Shown here: one piece after another, positions 37,328-51,778 of the stretch
Numbering within the stretch: position 1 is the first letter of the stretch
Layout: each line of letters begins with the position of its first letter
From: Vicugna vicugna
Taxonomy: Eukaryota
Assembly: GCA_013265495.1 (NCBI GenBank)
Contig: MU058444.1
Coordinates: forward strand, 1,860,001-1,924,000
DNA: 64,000 nucleotides
Reading direction: 5' to 3'
Position numbers and translations under genes: made by a program
The notes under the pieces: model-generated
Database searches by the model: none
The model's input: only the letters and a program-made list of their open reading frames with translations
Told to the model about the DNA's origin: nothing

Positions 37328-37869
37328 AACACAGAGCAGTGGCAAATTCAGCCAAACTAGAAAGATACAGTCTTGCAAGTGAAAAAAGAAAAAAAGCATC
37401 AAATGATGTTAGGGTTTTTTTTTTTTAATTTAATAGATCAGTAATAACACAGGAAGGAAATTCACCTGGACATGAATCATGGTTCTCTCTCTGAAGTAGA
37501 ACACTTAAGTTCCTTAAATGTTCTTATTTTTGCTTCTCTCTAGTTTCTACACAAAAGATACATGATTTTTTAATTTTAAATAAAATGAGTAAGTTACTTT
37601 GCCAAGGTAATGAAACCAATAACTTGGAATTCCACACAAGTAAGACCAAGAGAAGTAACAGATCTCTGAATGGTTTAAAATATTAGGATTTGATCAGAAG
37701 CTTCTTGGTGAATTCTTGCATGAGATGTGAACGGTGACACCTGGTAACGCGCAGCCCTGAGCGGAGAGACAAATTGTTTCCCATAAACTGATGAAAGAAT
37801 GGGAGACCCTTGATCTTCGGGGACCAGAAGCCTCTTTTTTCTAAGTCAGTGTCTCAGACAGCAGAGGTG

Positions 37870-38055
37870 TCAGTAACGGGTATCATGTGCTCGCACACTC
37901 GGCACCTGCTCTGTGCTCACAGCCGTGCCAGGTAGGTTTCAATACCTTCCTTTTCCTGACCTAGAAACCAAGGCTGCCAGGGGTTAAGGCATCCTGCAGA
38001 AGTCACACCGCTGGCAAATGTCAGAGGCGTCAGTACACGTCGTTTGGCTTCAGAC
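37870..38055 (-). mobile_element. MIR remnant
   Basis: 'aggtaggt...agaaaccaaggct...aggggttaag...gtcacaccgctggcaaatgtcagag' is an antisense MIR pattern. Confidence 0.55.
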
Positions 38056-38209
38056 TAGGTGGCTTCTGTTGTGTCACAGTCACTGCGGGGGCTCTTCTGA
38101 GGTTGCTCACCTGTGACCTTACCAGTTGGTTCTGTTTCAGAAGATTTGCTTCTGGTGGTCAGAAGTGGATCCTAGGAAGACCCAACCCAGGTCTGAGAGG
38201 TAGGTACTG

Positions 38210-38416
38210 GGCAGTACATCTCAGCTTCTACTCACCTGGGACATTTAGGGTGAGATGGTCCTTCGTTGGATGAGTCTGTCCCCTGCATTTCAGGATGGTG
38301 AGCGTCCCTGATCCCTCTCTCCTAAAATCTGACTGGGACAATCCAAAATGCCCCCAGACGTTTCCAAATGCCCCTGGGGAGAGGGAGTACGCCGCCCCCA
38401 GATGAGAACTCCTGCA
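38210..38416. mobile_element. hAT-Charlie fossil (MER20-like)
   Basis: 'gggacaatccaaaatgcccccagacgtttccaaatgcccctgggg...cccccagatgagaac'. Confidence 0.7.
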
Positions 38417-39350
38417 GGAATCTGAGAACTTCTGATTTAAAGCAATGCCCACATTGCTAATAGGTGACAACTCAGAACAATAATCAGATCCAAGGAAGAT
38501 AATTACTGGAGCAGGGCAGATAATTTGAACTGGACTGACCTGGACTGACTTGGGGCTTGCAGCACAGAGCATCAGAGCTGATGGCTGATGAAATCAGTAC
38601 GCGTTCACGGGGTTGGCTGCCAAGATAAATGCATTATGAGCATAATGAGGTGGTATGATTTCATGAGAACGGAGAAAACAAACATCTGAATCTTTGACAA
38701 AGAGTGAGTCCCTCTGAGTTGTCCCTCGAGTTGGCAGTGATGCTCTCTTTACTGGCTCAGACCCTTTTTTGGGGTTAAATTCTCTCTAACTGGCCGAGAG
38801 AACCATCAAGGCAGTACTAAGGGATCCCGGCAGAAGTAGCAGCATGAGGTGCTGTAAATGAGAAAATCCAGGCAGTGGCCTGTGAGAGAGGAGGCACACG
38901 AGAACGAGAGGCCTCGGCAATTCGCCCACCTGCACGGAAACAAGCCATTCCTCTTACCAGCTCGCAATGTCTTTGCCCAGATACCGTCGTTACCCAGGGC
39001 CATTTTCTCCTGGGTGTTGTTAACAGATGAATGACTTTCCTGGTTGACTAGGAGAGGGGATTGTGGGCCAGACCCTCTGGGGAGAGCCTCCCCCCCTCTA
39101 TAAATCCACCTTATCTCCGTCTGTAGCCAACCATCTGAATCCCACAGGCAGCTGGTGAAAGGGCTTTGTGCTGCTCGGTCCTCCCATCTCAAGGTCTGCC
39201 CGGTTCCCAGACAGCTGAGCTGGGTGCCTCCTGTTTTTCTCTTGGATGGATTTGGGGCTACAATTTGCTTTGCCCTGAGTAAAGATTACATGGCAAAAGC
39301 AGCTCTTATCTGATTCTACCCAATTTGCTAGATGTTATCTCTCCTTCAAG

Positions 39351-39503
39351 AGCACAGGGAAATATATTCAATATTTGCAATAACCTTTAATGAAAAAGAA
39401 TATGAAAATGAATATCTGTATATGTATATATGCATGATTGGGACATGATGCTGTGCACCAGAAATTGACACATTGTAACTGACTATACTTCAATTTTAAA
39501 AAA
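39351..39503 (+). mobile_element. Short L1 3'-terminal fragment
   Basis: 'agcacagggaaatatattcaat...gactatacttcaattttaaaaaa'. Confidence 0.9.
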
Positions 39504-40289
39504 TGCCCAGAAACAAACAAAAAGATTCAGAAATTCAAGCCGTCTGCTCTTTCCTGCCCAAGGCACCGCTGTTCACTATGGTTACTTGGGGGCAGCTTTT
39601 CAGGCTTATACAAGAGGGACTATACACGTTTAAAGAAAGTATTTGATTCCATTTTTACCCCTAAGTCACTGCAAACTGAATAGTCTAACAGCCCTGTGGG
39701 GTTGTATAAAATCTTTCCCCAAGAGAGGATGCCAGAGTGCTCAGGTCATCTCTCCAGAACCTGGCTCCTAGGTAACATTCCCAGAAATATTTTTCTGAGG
39801 CTCTTAAAATAGGTTCAGTTACCTCCTTTAATCTCAGGAATCCTAAACAGTCAAGAGTCATATTTATCAGGAAAAACCAATGACAGCTCACCATCAACCT
39901 CTCTGTCCCCCAACGTCTCAAGTCTCTAATAATTTCAAATAGCTATCCACATTTGACCAAAATGACTCTCCAGGAATAAATCATCTTCTCTTCAGTGTTG
40001 TTCAGTGTTCTCTATATACAATCCTACGTGACAGATTCCTTCCTGAGTTGAGAGCTAGGACTTTCTTTTTCTCTCCTGATGGATGATCAGGAAGATAATG
40101 AAGACTGTGCACCCTCAACTGACTCTTGATTCTCAGGTCCGCACTAAGCTTCATGCTCCAAAGAATGGTTTCATATGAGTCATTTTCTGGTATAAAAGTA
40201 CTCTGACCCTTTAACTTCCTGGTTCTTGAATCTTTTTGTTTTCTCTTATTTTAGTGGTTTTGCTCTTTTATTGCCTTTATTGGTTGAGA

Positions 40290-41045
40290 TTTCTTTTCCT
40301 TTTTCTTTCTTTTTTTGATTGTAGTCAGGTTACAATGTTGTATGATTTCTTGTGTATAGCATAATGTTTCAGTCATACATGTACATACATTTCTTTTCAT
40401 ACTTTTTCATTATAGGTTGCAACAAGATATTGAATATAGTTCCCTGTGCTCTACAGTATGAACTTGTTGTTTATCTATTTAATATATAGTAGTTAGTATC
40501 TGCAAATCTCAAACTCCTAATTTATCCCTTCCCACCCGCCTTTCCCCTCTGGTAACCGTATAAGTTTGTTTGTCTGTGAGTCTGCTTCTGTTTTGTAAAT
40601 AAGTTCATTTGTGTCTCTTTTAGATTCCACATATAAGTGATATCATATGGTATTTTTCTTTCTCTTTATGGCTTACTTCACTTAGAATGACAATTTCCAA
40701 ATCCATCCATATTGCTGCAAATGACATTACTTTATTCTTTTTTGTGGCTGAATAGTATTCCATTGTATAAATATACCACAACTTCTTTATCCAGTCATCT
40801 GTTGATGGACATTTAGGTTGTGTCCATGTCTTGGCTATTGGAAATAGCTGCTATGAACACTGGGGTACATGTATCTTTTCAAATTAGAATTCCTTCCATA
40901 TATATGTCCAGGAGTGGGATTGCTGGATCATATAGTAACTATATTTTTAATTTTTTAAGAAGTCTCCATACTGTTTTCCATGATGGCTGCATCAATTTAC
41001 ATTCCCACCAACAGCGTAACAGGGTTCCCTTTTCATCACTCCCTG
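40290..41045 (-). mobile_element. 5'-truncated lineage L1 (ORF2 end plus 3' UTR)
   Basis: Reverse complement of the L1 3' region seen at 29300-30020. T-rich tail at 40290-40316; possible TSD around 'ttgagat'. Confidence 0.95.
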
Positions 41046-42594
41046 CTTGAGATGTTTTAACATAAGCTGTCTCCCCTCTGCTATGTCTGTAGGGAGGACA
41101 TAAATATATATAAATATGGTGTTTAGGATTTTCTAAGATATTCCTAATCTAAAATGTATTCCTGATAGTTGAGTTCACTAATAAGCCAGAAGACCACCCA
41201 GGGTCATACGCCCATGAGTCCTAACATGGCAGTGAAAAGCTCTCCCAGTCCTCATTGGTCAAACCACACAGGCAGGAAGAGGGGAGCTGGGTTGCCACTG
41301 AGTAGTTCCATTCATCTGAGGATTTGACTCTGAACCTTTACATCATCTGTAACAATCATTTCTTTCCCAGTCTGTTTTCATTTTGCCATAGCCCCCCGTC
41401 TCGGGGTAGGAAGACACCTCAGTATATGGGACGGTTTCAAGGTCTCCAGGAAAAATTCCAACCTCTGAAAAAGCAAAAAAAGAAGAAAGAAAGAAAAGAA
41501 AATGGGAAGAAGAAATAAAACCTTTCTTACTGGCTTTCATGGAAGTCTAAAATGTCACAATGAGAAATGTATCCCTTGACTTAGGGATTTGTCTCGCTTG
41601 AAAATTCCTCAGAAGGATGAATGCAAACATGACTCTAGCCTTGTAGCATTTACTCTTGTGTATTGTTGAGTTTATTGGATCCTTCTTCTGAAATCACAGT
41701 TTGATAGAAGAAAAGGGATTTTTTTAAAGGATGAAAGATATGAAAGCTGCAATGGGAGGGAACAAGTAGATGCCAAAGGGCTAAAAGGTGAGACGATCCG
41801 ACTCAACAGACAAACCACGAGTGCAGCCCCGTCTTCCAAGGCTGAGCCTGTGCAGGCTCGTTCCTCCCGTGACACTTCTCTCTGCAGACCGGGAGGCCCA
41901 CGGGGCCCGGGCAGGGCAGGCTTTTAGCTTCGAAGGCCAAGTCTTACAACAGGAAACTCTGACGAGTGTCTGGTTGAGATCACGTCGATTCTCAGAGGCC
42001 GAGTATCAGGAGTGAGCGCGGACTGCTCTCCTTTGAAAAGAAATATGTTTTGTAAAGTGCAGCAACATCCAAACGTATAACCGAGCAGTGCCAAAAACGC
42101 AACTGAACCAGGAGGAGGGCGTCACGTCCAGTTGTATTTCTCTCCTCTTTTGCAGGCAATACATCTTGGGGAGCCCTGCCCCTCCGTCGGGTTGCAAACA
42201 AAGGGAGAATTCTTCACTCCTGAGGCCATGTGGCAGGAGCAATTAGGCTGATGGGAGTTGGTCTGAACCCTAGGCCAGCACCTCTCAAGCAGACAAGTGC
42301 AGGTTTCTTCCAGATGAGTGTTTCCACAGCACCACGAGTCGAAAATTGTTTCATGGCAAGAAAAAGAGCACAGTGAGTTTAGCAACTGATGGAGCAATGG
42401 CTGGTAAGGGGTTCCCTTCCCACTGGGCCAATTTGTGTTTGGCGGGAGAACTGGTCAACCACAGTAGACTAATAGCACTTCCAAGGTTTGGGGTGTTCTT
42501 TGTATTACTAAAAATGCACCTGTATACACTCTACTTTAATTTACTTAACAAAAAAATTAAATCTTCTCAAAGACACACCTAGATTAGAAGCTTA

Positions 42595-42780
42595 GGGGGC
42601 AGGGTGTATCTCAGTGGTAGAGTGCATGCTTAGCATGCACGAGGTCCTGGGTTCAATCCCCAGTACCTCCATTAAATAAATGAATAAATACACAAATAAA
42701 TAAATCTAATTACCTCCCCTCCCTCCAAAAAAACCATGAACAAGAAGAAGTAATAAAATGAAAAACTGAATTCAAAAAAA
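42595..42780 (+). mobile_element. Vic-1-type SINE
   Basis: tRNA-like head, B box and extended A-rich tail. Degenerate TSD agattagaagctta / agaatagaaaagctta. Confidence 0.9.
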
Positions 42781-42999
42781 AGAATAGAAAAGCTTAAAAC
42801 TTCAAGAATATGTAAGATCTCTGTGATCTTACAAATAAATACAAAATTTAATGGCATATCAGAAACACGTAGTTCAGTAGCTTGCCCTTTTTACTTAAGT
42901 CAACATCAAAATATTGAGAACTGATTTAAAATGCCACTATTCTTTGCTTATTCCAACTGTGTGATACATGAAAAACTGCTCTCCAATGCTGATTCTTCA

Positions 43000-43500
43000 G
43001 TCAAAAGCCACCTCCTTCCTTCTTGCTGCAATGACCCCAATTTCGTTTGCTGGTTCATCGCCCATGTGACTCAGAGTGTAAACCCTGGTTAGTCTGGACC
43101 CACAGTGATCATCTTATTTCCCTTGTTGGTGACTGGTTTAGGAGTGGTCACATGGCCCGGATCTGGCCGTGAGACATGAGGGCAAGTCTTCTGGGGACTC
43201 CTGGAAAAAAATCTCCTCCCTCTCAAAAAGCAGAAATAAGAGAAAACAGTCACATTCTTCCACAGGACAATTTTGTGTCTGGAAATGACGCTTTGAGACA
43301 GTGATGGGAGATGGCCAACCCCTCCCTGCCCACCGAGACCAGAGCGGAGAGGAAGATTCCGGAGGCGGAAGCCAGTGAACTCGCCTTCTCTGGAACGTCT
43401 TCCTCTGAACTTCCTGTTGTAGGAGATAACAAATGTCCTCACTGTGTAAGCCCATTCATCCTGGTCTCTACTACTGGGGAGTGAAATTATTCTTAAAGGT
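43000..43500 (+). mobile_element. Old MaLR LTR (MLT1J/K-like)
   Basis: 'gtgactggtttaggagtggtcacatggccc...ctgaacttcctgttgtaggagataacaaatgtcc'. Confidence 0.6.
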
Positions 43501-45099
43501 GCATTATAAATCACCATGAACATTCGAGTCCAATTGCTTTAGTTGAAAGACGGCTCAAGGAGACCAAGCATTTTCAGTCTGTGCTCATCTCAACACTGAT
43601 CAGGATCTGCTCAGCAATCTCTGCTTGGACTCAGCAAGGTGGGGGCGGGGCTGGTATTTGCAGAGCATTTATATTTTTGTATTTGAGAAAAGAGGTAACT
43701 CTAAAAGTGAAGATAAGTAAGTTATTCTAGAACAACCTCACCCTTTACAGTTATTCCTCATTTCTTGATCTATAACTTAACGATTCCTGGACTAGACACA
43801 AATAAAATGTCTCTGCTTCTACCGACTTTAAAGGTATATCCTGCAGGTACACAGATTAATCAAAAAGTGATAAAATGACATTTTTAATAGTGATTTTAGA
43901 TGGATGATGAAAGACACATTGATATTACTAGACTCATTTCAGTGGGAAAAACTAAACACTGAATGGTCTGATGTTTCTGTGGTTTGATTTGAAAGGGCTC
44001 TCGGTTAAGATGCAGAAGTGGACACGCAGGGCAGTGACCGCTTTGTTTCCTGATTAAAATTCCGGGTGGTCATACTTGGAACCGGGTCCTCACTCCACAC
44101 TTCCCACTCCCATGAAAGTTCATTCACACCTCCCTTTGTTTCAGAAGGATCTGCCTTCAGCTGCCAGGGAAAGTTTGTTTATAGTTCTTGGGAACATGAA
44201 GTTTTAAGGTCATTTCCTACCATTAATTCCCTGTCAGCAAGTGTCACCTGGGGCAGTTCCTGTCCCTGTCCTCAGCAGTGCTGGGGAAGATGTTCTCAAT
44301 GGTCTCCAATTTTCAGTCCTCTACTACGGTCTTCATGTAAGTGCTGGTTTACCATTCATTTCACTTAACCGGGACTATTTGGGTAGGAAAATGTCAGCGT
44401 GATTCCTCTAGGATAAGTCTTGTACGTTCCTTGCTAAGACCATCACAACACAGTATTTTCTTCCATCTTTCGAAACAAACCAGGTTGACTACAAATTGCT
44501 TAGAAGTCAATGCAAATGAGCACTAATTATAAATTCAGAATATCTCCTATTAGCTGAACATCAAGAAACAATTGCTTTGGTCATCTTATTAGCTAGGCCC
44601 TTTGATTCAATTGAAAGCAGTCAATTAAGTTTAAAAAATTATCTTAATCATTGATGGCTTTGTAAAGAAGGGATAACCAATTAACAGAACGGTTGCCTTC
44701 ACTTTGATTGGATATTCAAGATCGTAAGGTCAAAGCTTATTGAAATTTTCCAGTAAATACATATTAAATCATAGACAGCCGTAAATATCTGAGCTTGTTT
44801 GACATATTTGGTAGAAAAGAAAAAGCTTTTAAAACTCCTGAGTTGATATATTGAGCTATCAGAAGTCATTCTGCTCAGAATATCTCAATAGGGCATAACT
44901 GGCCTGTGGAATAGCAAATTGTCAGCTATTGTGTGTTATTTCCACCCCAAGCTGATTTTTTAAAACACGAAATTAGTTTTTTGTTTGTGTTTTGGTTTTG
45001 TGCCCACAGGCTACCTGTGTTAAGATGCTGGTGAGAAAAACTACAGAACAGCAGGGAAGACTAGGAGGACTATTTCAGTGAGCGGAGAGACACATTATG

Positions 45100-46230
45100 T
45101 TCCTGAAGAGGAAAATTTTCCAAAGGAAATTTGACAGAATGATTATAAAATGTATCAAGAGAAACTAAACTGGCCTGAAGAGCCAAGCAAGTTTCAAAAC
45201 CGATAGTTAAAAAGGAGGAAGGACCCTCAGCGATGAAGGCACATTCATAAGTTATAAGAATTAAATCACTGTGGCCATGGTATCAGAAGAACACAAATCA
45301 ATTCAAAGCAGGAAAGAACACTTCACAAATGCAAGAACAATTAAAAACCACCCTGCACATCACACAGCAGAAGGATTTCCAGATGTGAGAGGGATTTGAA
45401 TGTAAAGTGTCTGAAGAAAAGCTGGAAGAAGGTGGGTGAAAAGTACACACTCTTGGGGTCCAGAGGATTTTTGAGGCATAAAAGCAGAAGAAGAGGTAAA
45501 GAAAAAAAAAACTGAGGTATGTGATTGCATACCATTGTAAATCTTCCTACCTTAAGAATAAAAACCTTGAACAAAATAAAATGGCAAAAACTGTAAAATA
45601 CATGCTCGTATGTGTAACAGAGGGAGATCTTTCCAATCAACCAGGATGAAGTCAAGCTCCCCCAACAGACATATTGTCAAAGACATGACTCAATTGTTCA
45701 CCAAAGAAGAATTACATAAATGGCCATAAATATACAAAAAACAAAAATTGCTCAACCTCAGTGATTTTCAAAGAAACACAAAATAAAACCACCACAGTGG
45801 GGAGGGTATAGCTCAAGTGGTAGAGCCCATGTTTAGCATGCACGAGGTTCTGGGTTCAATCCCCAGTACCTTCTCTAAGAATAAATAAGTAAACCTAATT
45901 ACCTCCTCCCACCAAAAAAATTAAAAAAATTAAACCACCACCACATATATGTACACAAAACCTAATATTCCAAGTGCTTGCATAGCTGATAAGTGTAATC
46001 ATCTCCAATCATTAAAAGCTGTTTCCTTTGAATTAATAGCCAGGGAAACGTTTATGATACATTCTAGTTGAAAAAGTCTATTACAAAACAGTTTAGCTGA
46101 ATCACTGTAATTATTCAAGATATGAGCAGAAAAGACTGTAAGGTACACAAATGTTCTCTCCGGGCACTGGAGCGAGGTATACAAGGCACTTTGAAACGTC
46201 TTTTCATGTTTTTCTGTATTTGTCTTTTAA
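45100..46230 (+). mobile_element. Highly decayed old L1M, interrupted by a SINE
   Basis: Degenerate ORF2-end motifs ('caaagacatgactcaattgttcacc', 'aaatggccataaatata', 'tgctcaacctcagtgat...aaataaaaccac'). Confidence 0.55.
45797..45927 (+). mobile_element. Vic-1-type SINE
   Basis: ggggagggtatagctcaagtggtagagc...gggttcaatccccagtacc; TSD aaat(a/t)aaaccaccac. Confidence 0.92.
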
Positions 46231-48419
46231 TTTACTAATCAAAAAAGATGGTCTGGCCTCAGACTCTCTCGCCTGCATCCCTGCTCTCACGCGAGGTCAC
46301 TTGATGCTTCTGTTCCAGGGTTGCCTGATTCAGACCTGGGTCTGGAATAAAAGCCTTTGCCCCCCAGCTCCTTCCTCGCAGGGCTTAGCTTCCACACCCC
46401 TCCCCGAGCCCACACTGTGAGAACTCATCAGAGCCTTCCTGCAAAATGTACGATGCGTCAAATATACGAAAATCAAGCAGTCAGATGCTGAAACACCCGG
46501 TTGAAAATAACCTCAGTCCCTCGGAGGAGGGCACCGCACATCACCAACACAGAACTTCCCCCGATGGCCGATGTGATTTCTGCATTTTTCAAATGCTTCT
46601 ACTTGGACCTTTTCAAAATAAACCGGAGAATCGGCCTTTATGAGCTTATATGGCAAGGTTGCTCCCTGAGATCCCGTCCCAAGGCTAAAGCATAAAATCT
46701 AGTTACGAGTTCTTGCCAAAACATGAATCAGTGACAGCATAATATTCTGAACTCTGGTCTTCTTCTTCTTTTTTTTTTTTCCATTCTCTAATATGTCTTC
46801 ACATCACAGCCCAAACAATCAATCGCTCGTAATTAAACCGAGGGAAGGAGCGGGCCTGGCAGGAAGCTATTTGGCCGGGATCCGGGAGTCCTCATCTTCC
46901 ACAGAACAATTACATCAGTTCCTCCCATTTCCAGGGAAGGGCCAGTTCTGCAGAGCCAGGGATGGAAATAAGAGGCAGGAGGCAGCTTATTTACATATTT
47001 CTAATCAGGTTAATATACAGTGCTTTTATGGGAAGAGGAAATGCCCTAAAGACTTGAAAGGTCCTTTTAAAAACCAGCTTTCTCTTCCTCCAGGATCCAT
47101 ATCCCATGCTGACCACCACCTCTGCTCACCAGTTACATTAGCTGTAAAAAAAAAAAAAACAAAAACCACCAAGTTCAAAGGCAAATGTGGGGAACAAGTG
47201 TGATATAGCCCAGAGTCTGGACATTTCCACAGAAGTAAAATGCCCCATGTTTGAAAAGATGAAAAAACGCATCATCACGCACTTCTTCAACCCCTGCTAT
47301 TTACAAAGTAGAGTCACTGCAGATCCGAATGCAGAAAGAGGATTTAGAGTCTAAATGTGTGCACCGAGGTGGGGATGAAATGAAGGATGTCTTCAGAGCT
47401 GTCTGGCTATGGTTCAGCCTCAGGACACAGCATCGCAGCCGTCCTGCTGTTTCCTGAGGACAAACACCCCATCGGCTCACAGGTGCACTAGGGCTCGGGT
47501 GCCTGGGGGTCCAGCAGGTGAGGCATGGTCCGTGCCTCTTAGGTTTACCCCATCCTTTCCTCTTCTGCCCGCCCGGTCACCACCTCTCAGCAGCCCGAAA
47601 TTTACCACGGTTCCCCAGGAAAGGACAGTTTGGGTTCAGGGGCTGGTTCACAACCCCCACATATGCTGGAGACGTGCAGAATCTGCTGTCTAGCCTCCCA
47701 GGGAGACCCGATGAGGGAGCCCCACCCTCCACAGTGTCTCAGCCATCAGGAGGAGGGGGAGGCCAAGGAGACATGAGGCTTCCTTCCTTTTGGCCCCTAA
47801 ATTCCTTTACCTCTCACCTGCTTCTCCTGGGCCAAAGTCCCAGGGCCATCAGAGAAGCGAAGACTCTGGCAGGCAAACAGGAAGGGTCTCCCTCATCCCC
47901 CATCGCTGTTCCACCAAGCTGGCGTGAGGCCCCTGATCACCAGGGCATCCCCGTGAAGTAAGGGGGCCCGAGGATGAAAAGGGGACCAGCAACGAGAGAT
48001 CGGCCCTGGGGACGGGCGCACACCTCCAAGGCACGCATCCCTCCACAGGATAAATCTCTGGGTGCGCCCTACGCCAGAAAACCAGCTCCATGGGGCCCAG
48101 CTACGCCCATTCCTGGAAGGATACGACTTGCAGTTGTGTGCTTACAAACAGATCCCTGCACAAATCCACACGTTTCGGAGATGTGTGAACCTCTTGCCCC
48201 TGTAACTGGACACAGAGCATAGGGTACTGGAGGGAGCATGTCCCAGCCAACCTAGGAGACTGGCTGAAGGCAGGGCGGGCCCCCTCCTCACCCAGGCCTG
48301 TCCACTCGCCAACACATCAGTGTATTCAGAAGGCACTGGCAGAGGGAGCTCAGAGGAAACGTCCCGGTAAAGCAGCGAGAATATGATTGCAACACTAGCA
48401 GTGAAAGCAGGACCATATA

Positions 48420-48800
48420 AGGCAGGAGGCTCTCGTTTACGAGTGACAGATGCTCAACTCAAAAGGGAGTTTGTAACATAGGCCAAAAGAGGAATTTATC
48501 AGCTAACAGAAATAGGCCAGCGTTTAAAACAAAAAAAAAAAAGAGCTGAGGCACATCTAGATTCAGAGGCTTCAAAAACATCATCTGGGTTTTGTCTGTC
48601 TCTCATATCTTGGCTTTTCTCCCTTCCCTACCTAGGCTTCGTCCTGCAGGCCGCTTGTCCCGGCGAGGAAAGGCGGCTGTTGCCACGGTACCGGGCACTC
48701 TGGTTCTGCAGCGTCTGAACTCCTCTGGGTTTGGGGAACATTTCACCTCCTGAGTCTCGGCGGGGCATCTCCCCACTGCAGATGCTAAAGATGTCAGATG
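48420..48800 (-). mobile_element. Old MaLR LTR remnant
   Basis: 'gagtgacagatgctcaactcaaa...aaaagaggaatttatcagct...agattcagaggcttcaaaaac' resembles old antisense MLT1. Confidence 0.45.
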
Positions 48801-50269
48801 CTGCATTTCCCAAAGTCCTTTGCAGCGCAGGCTCAGGCGTGTATCCCGGAGACACCAACCAAACACAGCTGTCCTAAATTTGGAACTAGATGCAGGGGAA
48901 AAAAAAAAAAGCAAAGAAAGAGCAGGGAACGTGGAGGGGCCTTTGGCCCTAGGAGCTCAGGTTCTGGGTGGCGGCAGCAGCCCGGAGGTGGTGTCAGGGG
49001 TCCTGTGCTCAGGGCCAGCTCTGCAGGTCCCAGGCCTTCGTGCTCAGCCACGGTGGCAGCGGTGTCCTCACTGGGCGTCTTCAGGAGTTAAGTGGGGGCC
49101 ACAGTCCCAGCTGTTAAACATAATAACTGATTCTCCTGCCATCTCAGGCACTCCTCTGATACCCAGGAACCTTTATGTAAATTTCTTTTCTGCCTAAATC
49201 ATCCCGGGTGGCTTTCTCTTGTTTGCAAATAAGAACCTGACTGCAAACAGACTGTCCCAGGGTCACACCGACCCAGCTTAACAACCTCGGATGAAAAGGA
49301 ACTTCTCTCTTTTAAGTGTGTGTATCAGTCCAGGCAAGGATCTTTGTTGGTCTTTCGAGATCAATATGCTGACCCTTCCCCAATCGTGTCGCTAGAGTAA
49401 TGACTTTCTGATTGTCCCGGCCTGTGGGAGATGCTCATTTCTATGGCCAAGGTCAGTGCGCCTGTGACAGATGGCCTCACAAGCACCTTGTGGATGGAGG
49501 AGGTGACATTTCCCAAGGAAAACAGCTGTCTGTGGCAAATGCTTTCCTTTTACATAGAACTTGCCCTGATTATTCACCAGTCTTTTAAAACTCACAGATA
49601 GCAAACGGCAAAGAATTGAGAAAGCAGGTCTTGTCCGCCAGTTCCACCTCTTCAGAAGAACAAAATAGGATGCCTTAAAGTGAAGAAATCAAGAACTGTG
49701 GTAAGCAGAAGGGACCTTGTGTGTGGAATTTCTCAAAATAGGCTATGTTATGTTTTCTTGTTTCTGAAGCTCTGGAAGTTTGCGGGAAAGACGTTCGGTC
49801 ACATCAAGACATTATTAGGAAATCACTGCTTCTGAACGAAGACCCCACTGCCCCCCCACCCACCCATTTCAGGTCACCCTTGAATCTCGTGACGTTCATG
49901 GGAAGGTTCTCTATGGGAAGATGACTCTACCGGTGGAAGTTGGTCAGGAAACCCATCTTTGCTGCGGAAATGTGCATCTTCAATCACCACGTGGCGGCAT
50001 GTGCCCCAGAGAGCAGGGAGCCCACCATGTACCGGGGACAGCTTTGCAGGATGCTAAACTCTTGGGAAGTCCAGGCTAGCCAAAGGCAGAAAGCCAGTTT
50101 AGAAGAAAAGTGGGAGAAAGTCCAAAGGGAATAGGACAGAAAGACTATTAAGGAGCGAGAAAAGGAACACGCACTAATGGTATCAACGCTGGCAAAAACC
50201 CTAACATAAACAGTGCTGACGGGATGCTGCGTCCCTGAGGAAGGAGTCAGCACTCTCCAGATCCGCTCT

Positions 50270-50691
50270 CTGTGCTTCTCCACTTCGCTCACGGCCGAGA
50301 AGGCTGAGCTACAAGGCTGCACTGATCGGCTTCTGTCCACTTGCTCCCAGTAGGTTCAGCCCATGGGAGGCACCAGTTAGAGGGAAACGTAGGAGGAAAG
50401 TGAGGTCTGAGATTTTGCTTCTCGCATCCCTCCCCACGAGGTCACAGCTCCCCTCCGGCCGTCTCCTCAGGACTCCCACTCTCTCCAGATCCCACTCACA
50501 GCCCCTTCCCCAGGCCCTTCAGGACCAGGGAGGAAGGCACTCTCTGCTGTGCCCTGCTCCATCCCTTGTTGGTTTCCCCAAGCCACTCCGACACTTTGTA
50601 AACACCTCCTTCACACAGTGGCTTTTACACCCTTGTTCGTTACAGCGTGTGAACATGCTCTTGGGTTCCTTCTGGGACCATGACTGATGCA
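50270..50691. mobile_element. Old ERVL-type LTR (LTR33/LTR16-like)
   Basis: 'taggttcagcccatgggaggcacc...ttcctTctgggaccatgactgatgca' resembles an ERVL LTR end. Confidence 0.5.
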
Positions 50692-50779
50692 GTCAGAACA
50701 TTCTTTGAAAGACTTAGTGACAGATCACTAAGGCTTGGGGTGGGTAGCGGAGCAAATGCATAAATCCAAAGGCAAGAAG

Positions 50780-50985
50780 AGAACAAGCAGAATGGGAATG
50801 AGGATATTAGATGTGTGGTATTAGGTGCAGATGTGTTCCCATATGGCATCTGAGTGGAGATGTCAAAGACCGCACGGGTGGAGGAGTCACCACTGGAGAT
50901 GAAGTTTAGGAATTGTTCCCATGTAGGTAGTTAATAAACCTTGGAAAGAAGACAGCGTTGTTTAGGAAAACAGAGTGAGAAGAAA
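50780..50985 (-). mobile_element. L2 remnant
   Basis: 'ggcatctgagtggagatgtc...ctggagatgaagtttaggaatt'. Confidence 0.55.
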
Positions 50986-51292
50986 TGATTATCACTTAAA
51001 AAAACTAATGAAAGTCTCAAAGAGCTTAAATCTCAAATGGACAACTTAGAGAAACCTGTATTTCATTTATCAACGTTTGCAGCTGAAATCCCTGTAAATG
51101 CTAGGTACCGTTTCTTTGGATCAAGGAAGTGCTTTGTCGGACGCATCTGGTTTACTTATAGGTCAGTGTGCATTTCTATAGGAATCTTCATCACTGCTGC
51201 CATCACAGTGACGAAATGTTCCGTAGATAAGCATGACCTCCAGAGGAAAGGATTACACATTCTTAATTAGAAGCAATTTCCTTAGGGAAATG

Positions 51293-51778
51293 CAGGCATA
51301 CCTTGGCTTGGAGATATCATGGGTTCAGGTCCAGACCACCTCAACGAAGCAATTATCACTATAAAGCAGGTCACAGGAATTTTTCGCTTTCCCAGTACAT
51401 ATAAAAGTTACGTTTACACTGTAGTCTGTTAAATGTGCAATAGCATTATATCTAAAAATGACATTCAGACATTAACTTAAAAATATTTTATTGCTTAAAA
51501 AATGCTAACCATCACCTGAGCCTTCAGTGAGTCATGGTAGTAATACCAAAGGTCACTGATCACAGATCACGGTAACAAATAATAATGACACAGTCTGAAA
51601 TACTGTGCGAATCACCAAAATGTGACCTAGAGACACAAAGGGAGCACACGCTGTTGGAAATATATCGGTGAGTGACTTGCCTGACAAAGGGTTGCCGTGA
51701 ACCTTCAATTTATAAAAACAAAAACCAGTTGTCTGTGCACGAGAATAAAGCAAAGCACAATGAAATGCACTATTCCTG
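51293..51778 (-). mobile_element. Internally deleted Tigger1 derivative (non-autonomous)
   Basis: Both Tigger1 ends are present (caggcatacc... and ...tattcctg) within ~490 bp. It diverges from the longer copy at 63265+ after 'gagccttca'. Confidence 0.85.

Noticed and set aside
28388..41045. Inverted L1 pair (28388-30030 plus, 40290-41045 minus) as a dsRNA or recombination substrate
   Set aside because: About 10 kb apart and visibly diverged; a common arrangement.
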